Position numbers and translations under genes: made by a program. Source: Malacoraja senta (taxonomy: Eukaryota). From it: a stretch of DNA of 64,000 nt. The DNA lies in the NCBI GenBank assembly GCA_038087875.1, contig CM075992.1, positions 11,410,001 through 11,474,000 of the forward strand. Reading direction: 5' to 3'. The notes beneath the pieces are model-generated. The model saw only the letters and a program-made list of their open reading frames with translations, had not been told where the DNA came from and did no database searches. Shown here one piece after another: positions 35,643-48,479 of this stretch; position 1 is the stretch's first letter; each line of letters starts with the position of its first letter.

Positions 35643-37971
35643 GTAAGTCCCCTTGAATTTGTTCATCAACGTTCACTCAAACAGTATGTAGATGGCCAAC
35701 CAGAGAGAGGGCAACACTGGACGTTCCATTGGGGAATGAGGCTGGGCAAGTGACTGGCCTGTGTGGGCGAGCACGTTGTGACCAGTCACCAGAATTATGG
35801 ACTCAAATCAACGGTATAGCCATGGGCATTCACATAGGCCCCAGCTATTCCTGCCTTTATTGAAAATGGCAGCTGCAGGACCAATAAAGTTTTCATAGAA
35901 GGGGAATTTAACTTTCCAAATATTAACTGGGAATATCATAGAGCAAAAGGTTTAGACAGGGTAGAATTGGTCAAATGTATTCAGGAACATTTCCTCCGGC
36001 AATATAAAGAGAGCCCTTCTCCAGAGAAGGCAATGCTTGATCTTGTCTTTGGTAATTGGAATGGACAAGTGGATGAAGTGGTCATGGATGAGCCTTTTGG
36101 GACCAGCAGTCATTGTCTATTAGGTTTAGATTAGTTAAGGATAGAGTTAGCCCATGAGTTAAAATCCTAAATTGGGGCAAGGCTAACATTGAAGGAATTA
36201 GACAGAAACTTGCTCGTGTTGGTTTGAGAAGGTTGTTTGAAGGAAAAGGACCATTCAGAAAGTGGGATGTTTGTAAAAGCAGGCAGGTGGGACTAATGTA
36301 GATGGGGCATGGGTATGTTGGGCCAAAGGACCTGCTTATACGCTGTATGATTCTTTGACTAACATTGAAGATAGAACAGTGCAGCACAAGAACAGGCCCT
36401 TCGGCTCACAGTCTGTGCCAAACATGTTGCCAAGACCAACCCTGATCGGCCTTCACATAATCCATTTGTTTCCATTTCCTGCATATCCATGTGCATATAA
36501 AAAAGGCTCTTAAATGTCACTATTGTATCTGACTGAACCACCAAACCCGGCAACTCATTCCAGACACTTAGCACATTCTTGTGTAAATAAATCTGACTCG
36601 CACATCTCAGAGTCTTATAGCACATAACAGGCCCTTCGGCGGCAAAAACAAGGGGGCAGATTATTATCTCAATGGGGTTAGGTTAGGTAAGGGGGAGGTG
36701 CAGCGAGACCTGGGTGTCCTTGTACACCAGTCACTGCAAGTTGGCGTGCAGGTACAGCAGGCAGTGAAGAAAGCTAATGGAATGTTGGCCTTCATAACAA
36801 GAGGATTTCAGTATAGGAGTAAAGAGGTTCTTCTGCAGTTGTATAGGGCTCTGGTAAGACCAGATCTGGAGTATTGTGTACAGTTTTGGTCTCCTAATTT
36901 GAGGAAGGACATCCTTGTGATTGAGGCAGTGCAGCGTAGGTTCGCAAGATTGACCCCACTCAAGTTCTAGCAATATCCTCGCAAATCTTCTCTGCACTCT
37001 TTCCAGCTGAGTGACCTCCTTCCTAGAGCAGGGTGACCAAAACTGAAAACAGTAGTGTGGCCTCACCAACATGTTGTACAACTTTAACATAATGTTCCAA
37101 CTTCTATACTCAATACCCTGACTGTTGAAGGCCAATGTACCAAAGTCCTTGACCATCCTATCTCCTTTAAACTTTACCCTTCTCACCTTAAAGCTCTGCC
37201 CTCTAGTAATTGATGTTACCCTCCTAGGAGAAAGTTTCTGACGGTCTGCACTATATATGCCTCTCATTATTTTATATACTTCTATCAGGTCTCCCCACAA
37301 CCCCTCCCTGTATCTAATACTCCCTAATCAGGGCATCTTTCATGGAAACCTCCTTTGCACACTTTACAAAGCCTCCACATCCTTGGTGTAATGGGGAGAC
37401 AAGAAAATGCACACAATACTCCAAGCGCTGCCTCACCAAAGTCTAATAAAGCTGCCTGATCAAGTGATCCAATGGCATTGTGGAAACCAAGGGAAAAACT
37501 GGTGCCCACAGGGTGGCATGGATATCGTGGGCCGAATGGCCTGTTTCCACATTTCTTAGACTCTATGACAATGATGGACAACATTATTAACCACAATATC
37601 TACACAGCTGAATGTCACAGAGGAATCTGTAGATGCTACAGAGTTCCAGGGTCTGGCAGATATTAACAACCATGGGCCACCAATACTGAGTTCAGTTGTG
37701 GAACTGAGAACAGTGTCAGGTGCGGGGTGGAAACTGGAGCAGGAACTTCCTGGGTGCTGTGGCTGACAAATCCACTCACTGCAGATAAAGCTGGAGTGAC
37801 CCTTTGTCCTGGTGCTGATCTCTTGCCTTGTGCTTTGGCAATGAGAGTGAGGCAGCCAGAAGCCAGCAACTCGGGGCCTGGATTGTGAACTCCATGGACA
37901 GCCCTGATATAACGGCCACTAGCAATGGTGTGGACAGGATTGTAAACACTCCATGTCACCTTGTCTTTCAG

Positions 37972-38061
37972 GTGAGGGATGAGTACGCCAACTTCTTCCA
38001 CCGTTTGTACCGATTGAAGAAAGACTCAAAATACTCTGAGATGTCAACTTCATTGACGCAG
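37972..38061 (+). CDS. ADGRE-like copy B, helix-8/C-tail exon (90 bp)
   Basis: VRDEYANFFHRLYRLKKDSKYSEMSTSLTQ; canonical splice sites. Confidence 0.85.
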
Positions 38062-39374
38062 GTATGGTTACGATTAGTCTGGTGCCGTGTCTGTCATGGG
38101 GGAGTGGTTGTACTCGTGTACAGTGTGATGTGACTGAATAGCACACAACTACGTTTCTCACTACATCTCTGTACACGTGACTATAATAAGGACTAGTATC
38201 AGGACATGTACCCATTAAGTGGCCTGTTTACACCTGTATCTCTTACTTAAATGGGCTGTTTTTAGCAGTATCCACTTCGAGGGGACCTGAATCTTCCAGA
38301 ATCAATCTTGATTGACAGAATTGAAAGATACAGCAGGAAACAGGCCCTTCGGCCCACCGATTTCATACTGACCATCGGTCACGCGTTCATACTATATTCT
38401 ATGTTATCCCATTTGTGCATCCACTCCCTACACACTAAGGGCAAATTTACAGCGGCCAATTAACCAACATGTCTGGGTCGGGGAGAAAAGTGGAGCACCC
38501 GGAGGAAACCCATGCAGTCACAGGAAGAACATCCAAATTTCACACAGACAGCACCTGAGGTCAGGATCGAACCCGGGTCTCTGGCACTGAGGCAGCAGCT
38601 CTACCCGCTTCACTGCTGTGCCTCCCTGGTCATTGTTTTTTCTTTTACCAGGGATCTGCAGCACATTCTCTGACACCCACAATGTCACATTGTCCTGTGG
38701 CTGTTGGAGTAAGGGGATCACTCCATTCACACACTACCCTACAATTGTACACAAGTCTGCACTCACCCACCCAAATCCCAATGAACCTGACCAATGCTCC
38801 ACTCATTGGCCCGGCCATGGCCCACACCGCCTAGATCAGGTTACACCGTCGTGCTACACAGCATCACCAGCCATTCCCCACACATTAGCCCATACACTGC
38901 CTCCCACACACCCACATACAAACCTGCATCATTGGCCATATATCCACCCACTCAGTGTCACACATGCTGACACACACACTCCCCACACTAGTTCACACAC
39001 TCCCCCCCCCACAAACTGTAAACATGTGTCCCCCAAATATTCATCCTCCAACTCGGCCACGCACTGCACCCACAAACTGTTCCCCTCACACCAAGACACT
39101 CGCTCTCCTCACCCTTTGCCCCCATCTATCCCCTCAGACAGCCCCAGGTGCAGTGATGGTCTGTGTTGGCTCTCGTGGTGTTGCCGGCTGTGCCATGGTG
39201 GGGGTTGGCAGGGCTGATGTGCTGGTGTCCTGCTCGTGAGAACATTAGTTCTCTGCTGCCTCAGCCAAAGCCAGCAGGTGCCCTGGCCCAGACAAGCCGC
39301 CACGTGGTTAGTTTCTGATCTCGATGTCTTGTCTGCTTCCTCACAGGGCCCGAGAAGCGTTCATGAGACAGTAA

Positions 39375-40222
39375 AGTAAAGTAAAGTAAAGTAAGTTTAT
39401 TTATATAGCGCCTTTCAATCAGATTACTGAAACCAAAGCGCTTTACAGACAATTAACCACACAAATAAAAAATAAAAAGGTAGAATAAAAAAGACACGAC
39501 ACACTATTTAGAGATTCAACATGAACATCCCCCCACAGCAGAGTCGACACTCTCCACCATGAGGGAAAGGCACCAAAGTGTCCAGTCCTCCTCCTAGTCC
39601 ACCCGAGATCGGGGCCAGTCTGAGGGCTCCGCAGCCAGTCGCCGCAACGGCAGCCCGATGTTGTAGGCCCCACCCGCCGGGAAGCTGGAACACCGGCATC
39701 GGGTGGAAAGTCCTCAATGGCTTGGAAGTGTCTGGAGGGGCCGCTCCCTCCCCGGAGACTGCGACGCCCGTAGTCCTCAGGCCGCGCCGGTTGGAGCTTC
39801 GACTCTGACTCCGCGGTGTTTTCGACCCAGTGCCGCCCGCCCGCGGCAGGACGCCCTCAGACCGCAGCCCGCGGCTGCTCGATGTTGGTGGTCGGCGGTC
39901 ACAGCACTCCGGAGCGGCGACCCGGCAAGGCATCGCCTGCTCCGTGTTGGTGTCCCAGCGCTGCGCCGCCGAAGCTGTGGTCCCCCGGCAGGAAACGCCG
40001 CTCCAGCCCGATGGAAGGCCGCATGGGGAGACCGGAGATGCGATTTGGAGGAAAACCGCATCTCCGACCAGGTAGGACTGGGGTTAAAACAGTTCCCCCC
40101 CCCCCACATAGAAAGAATAGACTCCCAAAAAAAATAATGTTTTAGACAATAAAAAAGTTAGAGGACGGACTGCAGGCAGGCGGCCATACAAACGGCGCCC
40201 ACTCCTGCACATCCGCCATCTT
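39375..40222 (-). mobile_element. GC-rich non-autonomous retroelement, right arm only
   Basis: Absent at the equivalent left-arm site (about 792). Starts aagatggcgg, ends aataaa plus (tttac)n; shares cctacctggtcggag.tgcgg with 51817-52682. Confidence 0.8.
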
Positions 40223-41827
40223 GTGAGTGAAAGCACGAGAGCCCTGCAGAGCTGGCTACAGCTGCTTCTAAAGCGAGAGACACAGAGCACAAGAGCAACA
40301 GTGCACTGACTCTCTTTGCTTGGGACTGTAACTCGCCTCTCCACTGGGACTGCCCCATTGCTGCTGCCACCCTCTCCCCATTCTTACCTCCATCGCTCTG
40401 TTTCAATTTGCTACAAACTTCGGAAGAAAGAGGCAAGAAGTTGCAGCTGAGAGTTGAGCTGCTTCAGCTCTCTGCTTCTATTGAGCATGTACATAGCAGG
40501 AGTTCATAGCTTCTACATTGTTGAACAGACTGTCCAATAATAAGCATGGTAGCATCTAGCCTGGATTCTGGGGAACAGAAGAGTTGGCTTTCACTTCAAG
40601 CACCTCCCTGGGCAGATGGGATGATGTCCGTCTGGCTTTACGGTTGCTTGATTTGGTGATCCTCTAATTGTTGGCTATTGGACAGTGGTTGGCAAGGTGA
40701 CAAACCAGGATTCAGCCATCGGAAGGTGAGCACGGGCAGCACAGGTCAATGAGTGCTCGTGAGTTTGGAAGGAGTTTGCTTGGGGTCCAACATGGGCTGG
40801 GTGGATGTCTAGCAGGTTTAGAGTTGAGTTAGTGTTCAATGCATCCAATGACTGCCCTGCCCTTGGCTAGATGTGGCCCTGGAGCTCAGCTAGCGTTCGT
40901 AAGCTGGCAGAAGGTGCAAGTCCCAGACTGGCTTTTGCCTGCTGTTGGGTTGGTGACACAATATGATGACAAGAGTGCATGTGAGCTGCAAAGCCATTCC
41001 CCATCGCCGCCCATCATTATTTGGAGCTTTTCAAGAGCCAACAAAAAGCAGGTTGTAAATGCCACTGACAACCACATCTCCTGATTGGTTCGGGACATGT
41101 GAGACACAGATGAGCTTCTCTCTCTAGGCAGAATCGAGGGTGAAAGGCCGAAGGGTAAGAAAGCTTGGAGAGGACACACCAGTCACCAGGTAAGATGCCA
41201 GAGTCTGGCCCAGGCCGCTGCTCAGCCCTGAGTCAGGCCCAGTGCAAGTTCCTCAGCAGAGAATCACCACGAGGCAGCCTTCACATGGGACCCCATCTCC
41301 TCCCGGTTCCCTCCAGCCCCTCGGCACCATCTAATAACCGTCACCATTGAGTGATACCCACCACCATCTCACCACCACATTATCTGGGTGGAGTGGTTCA
41401 TGGATGGACCTCCCATTGTCACCCTCTCAAAGACAGTGTGGGATGGAACACTCAACCCTGCCTTTGCCTGAGGCTGATGAATGAAAATGCAGCCAGTGCT
41501 GAGCATGGCTGTGGTTCCCAGTGCCCCGGGTTTGCCCTGTAACTGCCGCAGGTGAGACAAAGGAGGTTTCACCGGCTCATACGGAGGAAGCAGGAAGGGC
41601 AAGCTGGTTACACCTTGTTACTGTGTACTGATACATGGAAATGCAAACTTTTTAAATATGCCAGGCCTTTATTTAATAAAAGTATCATCCTGATCTGTGG
41701 GTCTTGTTAATATGTTCACATTCCTCTTTTAATAATAATTTCTCATAACTTGTAAGAAGGTGTGGTCTAAACGTGAAATATTCAAAGCGTTACTGAGCAA
41801 GGGCGGTTTAGACCAAATGTGCCTGGG

Positions 41828-42380
41828 TTATTGTGTACAGTTTCGGTTTCCTAATTTGAGGAAGGACATCCTTATGATTGAGGCAGTGCAGCGTAGGTTC
41901 ACGAGATTGATCCCGGGGATGGCGGGACTGTCATATTAGGAAAGATTGAAAAGACTAGGCTTGTATTCACTGGAGTTTAGAAGGATGAGGGGGTATCTTA
42001 TAGAAACATATAAAATTATAAAAGGACTGGACAAGCTAGATGCGGGAAAAATGTTACCAATGTTGGGTGAGTCCAGAACCAGGGGCCACAGTCTTAGAAT
42101 AAAGGGGAGGCCATTTAAGACTGAAGTGAGAAAAAAACATTTTCACCCAGAGAGTTGTGAATTTGTGGAATTCCCTGACAGAGGGCAGTGGAGGTCAAAT
42201 CACTGGATGGATTTAAGAGAGAGTTAGATAGAGCTCTAGGGGCTAGTGGAGTCAAGGGAAATGTGGAGAAGGCAGGCACGGGTAATTGATTGGGGACGAT
42301 CTGCCATGATCACAATGAATGGCGGTGCTGGCTCGAAGGGCCGAATGGCCTCCTCCTGCACCTTTTTCTATGTTTCTATT
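41828..42380 (+). mobile_element. 5'-truncated CR1 LINE
   Basis: RLGLYSLEFRRMRG.LIETYKI motif plus 3' UTR. Confidence 0.9.
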
Positions 42381-42452
42381 TTACGGGAAGGCAGGAGAAT
42401 GGGAATGAAAGAGAAAAATTGATCAGTCATGATTGAATGACAGAGTAGAGTT

Positions 42453-45400
42453 TTTTTTTAATTTTTTTTAAATAATTTTTTTAATAGAAGTACGGTAGAT
42501 TACAGTAATGTACAACACGTATATATTAATACATTTTTTGTACCGCTTCACTTTTTTAAACTTTAAGAAAGAAAAAGAAAGAAGTAAGAAAAGTGAAGAA
42601 AGTGCGCAAAGGTTGTGAAGTGCAAAAGAGTGTTGGGAAAAGAAAGCCCCTTAGAAAAGAAGTTAGAGAAGGAAGTAAAGTTAGAAAATAGACCCTAGAA
42701 AAGAAAGAGAAAGAAAGAAGGAACAATCGCTCTATTATAACTCTTATAACATACTTCATAGAGAAGGAACTACCAACCAAGTCTGTTTTTGTTTTACCTC
42801 CCATTACCAGGTCCAGATACCTTTTATTTATTTATTTGTTTTTCTAAATTACTATTGCACCTCATGCTTGTAATAGGTCCAAAAACGTAGACCACGTCTT
42901 TTGAAATTGGTCTACTTTGCCTACTAGGAGGAATCTCATCTCTTCCAGATGTAATGTTTCCAACATATTTGATGTCCACATTTTTATTGTTGGTGTGGGC
43001 GCATTTTTCCAGAATTTAAGTATAAGCTTTTTTCCCATTATTAGCCCATAATTGAGTAAATTCTTCTGATACACGTTTAATTCAGGAATACCTTCCGATA
43101 TTCCAAAAATAATCCATTCTGGTTTTGGTACCAGTTTTATTTTGATTAATTTTGAAAAAATATCAAATATTTCAAACCAGAATTTTTGGATTTTTGTACA
43201 AAAAACAAAAGAATGTGCTATGGTAGCTTCTTGACATATACATTTATCACAGATTGGTGAGACGTTAGGAAAGATTTTATTTAGTTTGGTTTTTGAATAA
43301 TATAATCTATGTAATGTTTTAAATTGGATAAGCGTATGTCGTACGTTGATCGAGCATTTATGCACCTGTAATAAATGATTATCCCAACTCTCTTTTGAAA
43401 TTTTTATACCTAGATCTTGTTCCCAATCTCTTCTAATTCCATCTGTTGTGGGTATTTCTATGTTTAAGATGATATTATATAAGTATGATATTAAATTAAC
43501 TGATACCGCCTTTGTCTTCATTGCTTCATCTAGTAAGTCGGAAGGCATATTATAATAATCTTTTGTGTGTGTTTTCAAATAGTCACAGATTTGTAGATAT
43601 TTAAAATATTGATTATTTTTCAAATTATATTTCAGTTGTAGTTGTTGGAATGATAGTAATTTTTCTAATTCATACAGATCTTCGAGCGTTTTGATTCCCA
43701 TTCTTTCCCATTGTATAAATGATTTATCTATGATTGAAGGTTTAAACGATGGGTTATTGACTATTGGTATTAAGAGAGATAGGTTTCTTAATTTTAGATT
43801 CTGTTTTATTTGCTTCCATGTTCTAATAGTGCTATATATAATTGGATTTTTATTATAATTTTTATTATTCAAATTTATTGGAGAGAGAATAATCGCTCCT
43901 ATATTATTCGGGGAGCAATCCCCTTTTTCCATTATAATCCAGTCCACCTGCTGGGCAGAATTGTCCAGCAGGTGAATCATATTTTTAATATTTACTGCCC
44001 AGTTATAATACATAAAGTTAGGGAGCGCTAGACCCCCCAACTCTTTTCGTTTGTTAAGGTGTGTTCTTTGTATTCTGTGGGATTTGTAATCCCATATAAA
44101 ATTTGTAATGTCTGAGTCCAGTTTTTTGAAAAACTTTTTTGGGAGATATATAGGTATTGATTGAAATAGGTAAAGGATTTGTGGTAAGAAAATCATTTTT
44201 ATAGCATTTATCCTACCTATTAAGGACATCGGAAGTGTTTTCCAAAATTTAATCAAATTATTTAATTTCTTAAGTAGGGGATTATAATTAGCTTTAAACA
44301 TATCATGGTAATTTCTAGTGATCTCAATTCCTAAATATTTGAATTTTTCCATAGCTATTTTAAAAGGGAATTTCCTGAGATGTGTTGAGTCTTTTGGTTT
44401 AATCGACATAATTTCACTTTTGTTCCAATTTATTCTATATCCTGAAAAGGATCCAAAGTCCTCAATTAAGTTTAATATATTTGGTATACTAATTTGTGGT
44501 TTTGTGATGTACAGTAGTACATCATCAGCATATAGGGATGGTTTGTTGTTTGAATATTTTGTGTTATAACCGTGAATATTCGAGTGTGTTCTTATTTTTT
44601 CAGCAAGGGGTTCAATTACCAAAGCAAATAACAGCGGTGATAGTGAACATCCTTGTCTGTTGCCCCTAGATAATTCGAATTTTGAAGATAATATATTATT
44701 AGTTAGTATTCTAGCCGTAGGTTTGTTATATAGTAGTTTTATCCATGCAATAAAGTTTTCTCCCAATTGGAATTTTTGCAATACTTTGATCATATAGTCC
44801 CATTCTACTTGATCAAACGCTTTTTCTGCGTCCAGTGAGATGATAGCTAACTCTTGGTCATAAGATTTATGTGAATGCATTATGTTAAGCAAACGTCTCA
44901 AATTATTAAATGAGTGTCTCTTAGGTATAAATCCTGTTTGATCCTCATGTATTAGTCTACTAACATACTTGCTTAATCTATTGGCTAATGTTTTTGCTAT
45001 TATTTTCTGATCCGTATTTAACAAAGCAATAGCTCTATATGATCCTGGTTCTTCTATATTTTTATCTTTTTTAAGTATTAATATGATCGTTGATTCCGCT
45101 AGTGTTTCAGGTAGGTTTTGCTCTTTATAAGCATATGTATACATTTTTTGTAATCGTGGAGTAACTATATCATAAAAAGATTTATAAAATTCATTACTGA
45201 ATCCGTCTGGTCCTGGTGTTTTTCCATTTTTTAGTGTTTTTATTGTGTCTTCTATCTCCTTAGAAGTAATTTGTGCTCCCAGTTCCTCTTGTTCCCTGCG
45301 TTCTAATTGTGGTAGATTACAATTATCTAAAAATTCTGAGATTTTATTATTGTCTATTGACGTTTTAGATGTGTATAGATTCTGGTAAAATTGAGCAAAT

Positions 45401-45781
45401 CTTTTATTAATATCCTTGGGTAGTGTTAATACTTCCCCTCTATCTGATTTAATCTTTAATATTGCATTCTCTTTTTCCCGTTTTTTAAGTTGTCGTGCTA
45501 GAAGTTTGTGGGGTTTGTCCCCGAATTCGAAGTGTTCTTGTTTTGTGATTTGAAATAATGTTATAACTTTCTCTGACAGTAATTTATTTAACTGAAATTT
45601 CAGTAGTAGTATTTTATTATGTTTATCCATAGTTGGGTCTTTAGCATTATCTATATCTAACTGTTTTATTTGATCTTCTAAGTGTCTTTGTTCATTCTTA
45701 TTCTTTTTATTTTGATAAGCTTGAAATGAAATAATGACTCCTCTTATAAATGCTTTGAAGGATTCCCATAATAACGTGGGG
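42453..45781 (-). mobile_element. Young 5'-truncated L1 LINE with open ORF2 (RT to C-terminal Cys domain)
   Basis: 922-aa ORF 42862-45630 (KTPGPDG, SLDAEKAFD, RQGCSLSPLLF, YADD, CDKC..H...C). A-rich tail at 42453-42485. TSD atgacagagtagagtt at 42437-42452 and 45782-45797. Confidence 0.97.
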
Positions 45782-46029
45782 ATGACAGAGTAGAGTTGAT
45801 GGGCTGAATGGCCTAACTCTTCTCCAATGTCTTATGGTCTTATGCCCTGGGGAACAAGAAGTCATTCCTGAAACCCAGGACTGAGATTCCTTCCTGCACT
45901 TGGCCACATGCATCAATTGGTCAGAACTTGCAAGAACATTTGTGGTTGGTAAACACTGTCTCCACCACCGTCTACAGATGCTGACTGTCTACACCAGTGT
46001 ACACCTGTCTACAGTTAGTGCCCACTGTC

Positions 46030-46552
46030 TTGCTAATGAGGGAGTGCAGCGTAGGTTCACAAGGTTAATTCCCGGGATGGCAGGACTGTCATATGCTGAG
46101 AGAATGAAGCGGCTGGGCTTGTATACTCTGGAGTTTAGAACGATGAGAGGATATCTTATTGAAACATATAAGATTATTAAGGGTTTGGACACGCTAGAGG
46201 CAGGAAACATGTTCCCGATGTTGGGGGAGTCCAGAACCAGGAGCCACAGTTTAAGAATAAGGGGTAAGCCAATTTGAACGGAGACGAGGAAACACTTTTT
46301 CTCACGGAGAGTTGTGAGTCTGTGGAATTCTCTGCCTCAGAGTTCTCTGGATACTTCAGGCCGGTTCTCTTGATACTTCCAAGAGAGAGCTGGATAGGGC
46401 TCTTAAAGATAGCGCAGTCAGGGGATATGGGGAGGAGGCAGGAACTGGGTGCTGATTAGGGATAATCAGCCATGATCACATTGAATCACATATGGTTCGA
46501 AGGGCCGAATGGCCTACTCCTGCACCTATTATCTATTGTCTTTTGTCTATTG
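46030..46552 (+). mobile_element. 5'-truncated CR1 LINE
   Basis: EGVQRRFTRLIPGMAGLSY..R motif, 3' UTR, (ctattgt)n tail. Confidence 0.88.
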
Positions 46553-46908
46553 CCTGTACTAAGTCCCTCTATGTTTAAAAAGTGCCTTGCAAATTTTATT
46601 TAAACTTCCTCTCACATCTTAAACCTATGCTCTTCAGAGTTTGACCGATCAACCCTGCGAAAAGGGCTCTGACAATCAACCCTATTTTTCTTCTGTACCA
46701 TTTTCACGTTGCCCCTCAGTCTGCAACCCACCAACTTAAACCGTCCAAGTTTGTCCAAGCTTTCATTGGAGCTAATAGCCTCCAATGCAAGCAACATACT
46801 GGTGAAATATTCTGCATCCTTTCTAAAGCCTCCACATCCTACCTAGAGTGTGTCAACCAGAATGCACAAAATACTCCAAATATGCACAAATACAGCAAAT
46901 CCTGAATA

Positions 46909-47436
46909 GACACAAAATGCTAGAGTAACTCAGCGAGAGAGGCTGCATCTCTGCATCTCTGGAGAGAAGGAATGCATGACGTGTTGGGGTCAAGACCCTT
47001 CTTCAGAATGAGTGAGGGGAGAGGGAGTCTAGAGATATGGAAGGGTAAGGTGTGAAAATGACAGATCAAACAGACGATGATAAAGAGGTAGAATGGTTCA
47101 TTGTTAGCTGAGGGGAAGATAACATGGAGGCATACAATCAGTAAAATTAATCAGGAGGACAGTGAGACTAGTGGGAGAACTAGAGTGCGGGAGGGACGGA
47201 GAGAGAGGGAAAGCAAGGGTTGGAGAAATCAGGATTCATACTGCCGGTTTCCGTTATTGCCGTATGTCCACTATAACCGAGTAAGGTATTATCATTGTAT
47301 AAATAGTAGAAACAAACAACTGCAGGTGTTGGTTAATACACAATGGACAAAAATGCTGGAGTAACTCAGCAAGTCGGGCAGCTTCTCTGGAGAACATGGA
47401 TAGGCAACGTTTCTGGTCAGCATCCTTCTTCAGACT
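46909..47436 (-). mobile_element. Penelope 3' end with two decayed pseudo-LTR copies
   Basis: Two copies of caaaatgctggagtaactcagc...cttcttcaga homologous to the 12317-12410 unit. Confidence 0.6.
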
Positions 47437-48404
47437 CTTGGTCCAGAACAGGAGCTGAAATCCAGGTGAGTTGATGGCCCTGGCCTGTGGCAGTCGGGCG
47501 TGAAGTGAGGAGAAGCCAGAGCACAGATAAGGATTGGCCATGGCGGTGGTTTCGGTGCCAAGAGCAGTAGGCAGGGCATGGGATCGATGGGTGTGGTGGG
47601 GATGGTGGTGGTGGCGATGGCTGCTGTGGTGGCAGGTGTGGCCAGGGTGCCGGTGGCGGCAAAGGCAGGGACGGCGTGCCCAGGGGCTGCTAGCCATGGC
47701 GATGGTAGGTGTTGCCGGAGCGGTGATGGTGGTAGCGTTGCAAGTAGCAGGAGAGGCGCCAGAAGCCAAGGGTGGCCAGCGCTGTGGACGGTGAGGAAGG
47801 CGTGGGTGGACAGCACTGCGGGCGGCCAGGGCGGCGACATGAGCTGGGGGTGGCTAACACTGCGAATGGCATGTGGTGTTTGGATGCATGATCTTGCATT
47901 GAGCTTCTAGAATGTACCAACCACCCCACAATTGTCTGGATTAAACTCCATCTGGAATTTCTCAGCCCAAATTTCCAGCTGAACTATTTCCTGCTGCTTT
48001 CATTAGCAACCTTCGTCACTCTCCACAATTCCAATTTTCATGTCATCTGTAAACTTATTATTCAGCTCCCTTACATTTTCATCAAAATCATTGGACAAAG
48101 CACTGCTACTTACAGATCAGCACAGCTCATAGACGTCCAGTCAGAAAAACACATCTCCAAGTCCCTCTGTCGTCTGTGACCCAGCCAATATGGATCAAAT
48201 CGCCCAAATCTCCGAGGATCCCATATGATTTAATCTTCTAAACCCACCTATCATGAAGAACATTGTCAAATGATTTACTAACTACATCTATGTAGACTAC
48301 ATCCATTACCCAACGCTCATCACTTAATGTCGTCACCTCGATAAACTCATTCAAATTTGTAAGATTGTAAGGGACCTGCCCCACATAAAGCCACTCTGAA
48401 TATC

Positions 48405-48448
48405 CTATCTATCTATCTATCATATATCATATCTATCTATATACTTTT

Positions 48449-48479
<31 letters not shown>

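Larger units (their letters stand above)
22787..41013. repeat. Right arm of large inverted duplication (about 1 kb net longer than left arm)
   Basis: Collinear reverse-complement match to 1-17184 with scattered substitutions and arm-specific indels. Confidence 0.97.

Noticed and set aside
38266..38330. Possible terminal ADGRE exon after tttag/cag (mirror at about 1835-1900)
   Set aside because: Weak acceptor, no recognisable C-terminal motif, and the frame runs into a SINE; cannot be supported without transcripts.
39508..40145. Cluster of GC-rich ORFs resembling a CpG-island gene start
   Set aside because: They lie wholly inside an arm-specific retroelement insertion.
41600..41825. Faint Myb/SANT-like (Harbinger ORF2-type) translation on the minus strand
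   Set aside because: Only scattered residues across stops and frameshifts; needs a profile search.
47254..47929. Overlapping 80-170-aa ORFs in a G-rich stretch
   Set aside because: Low-complexity ggtggc-rich sequence with no domain motif or clear splice structure.
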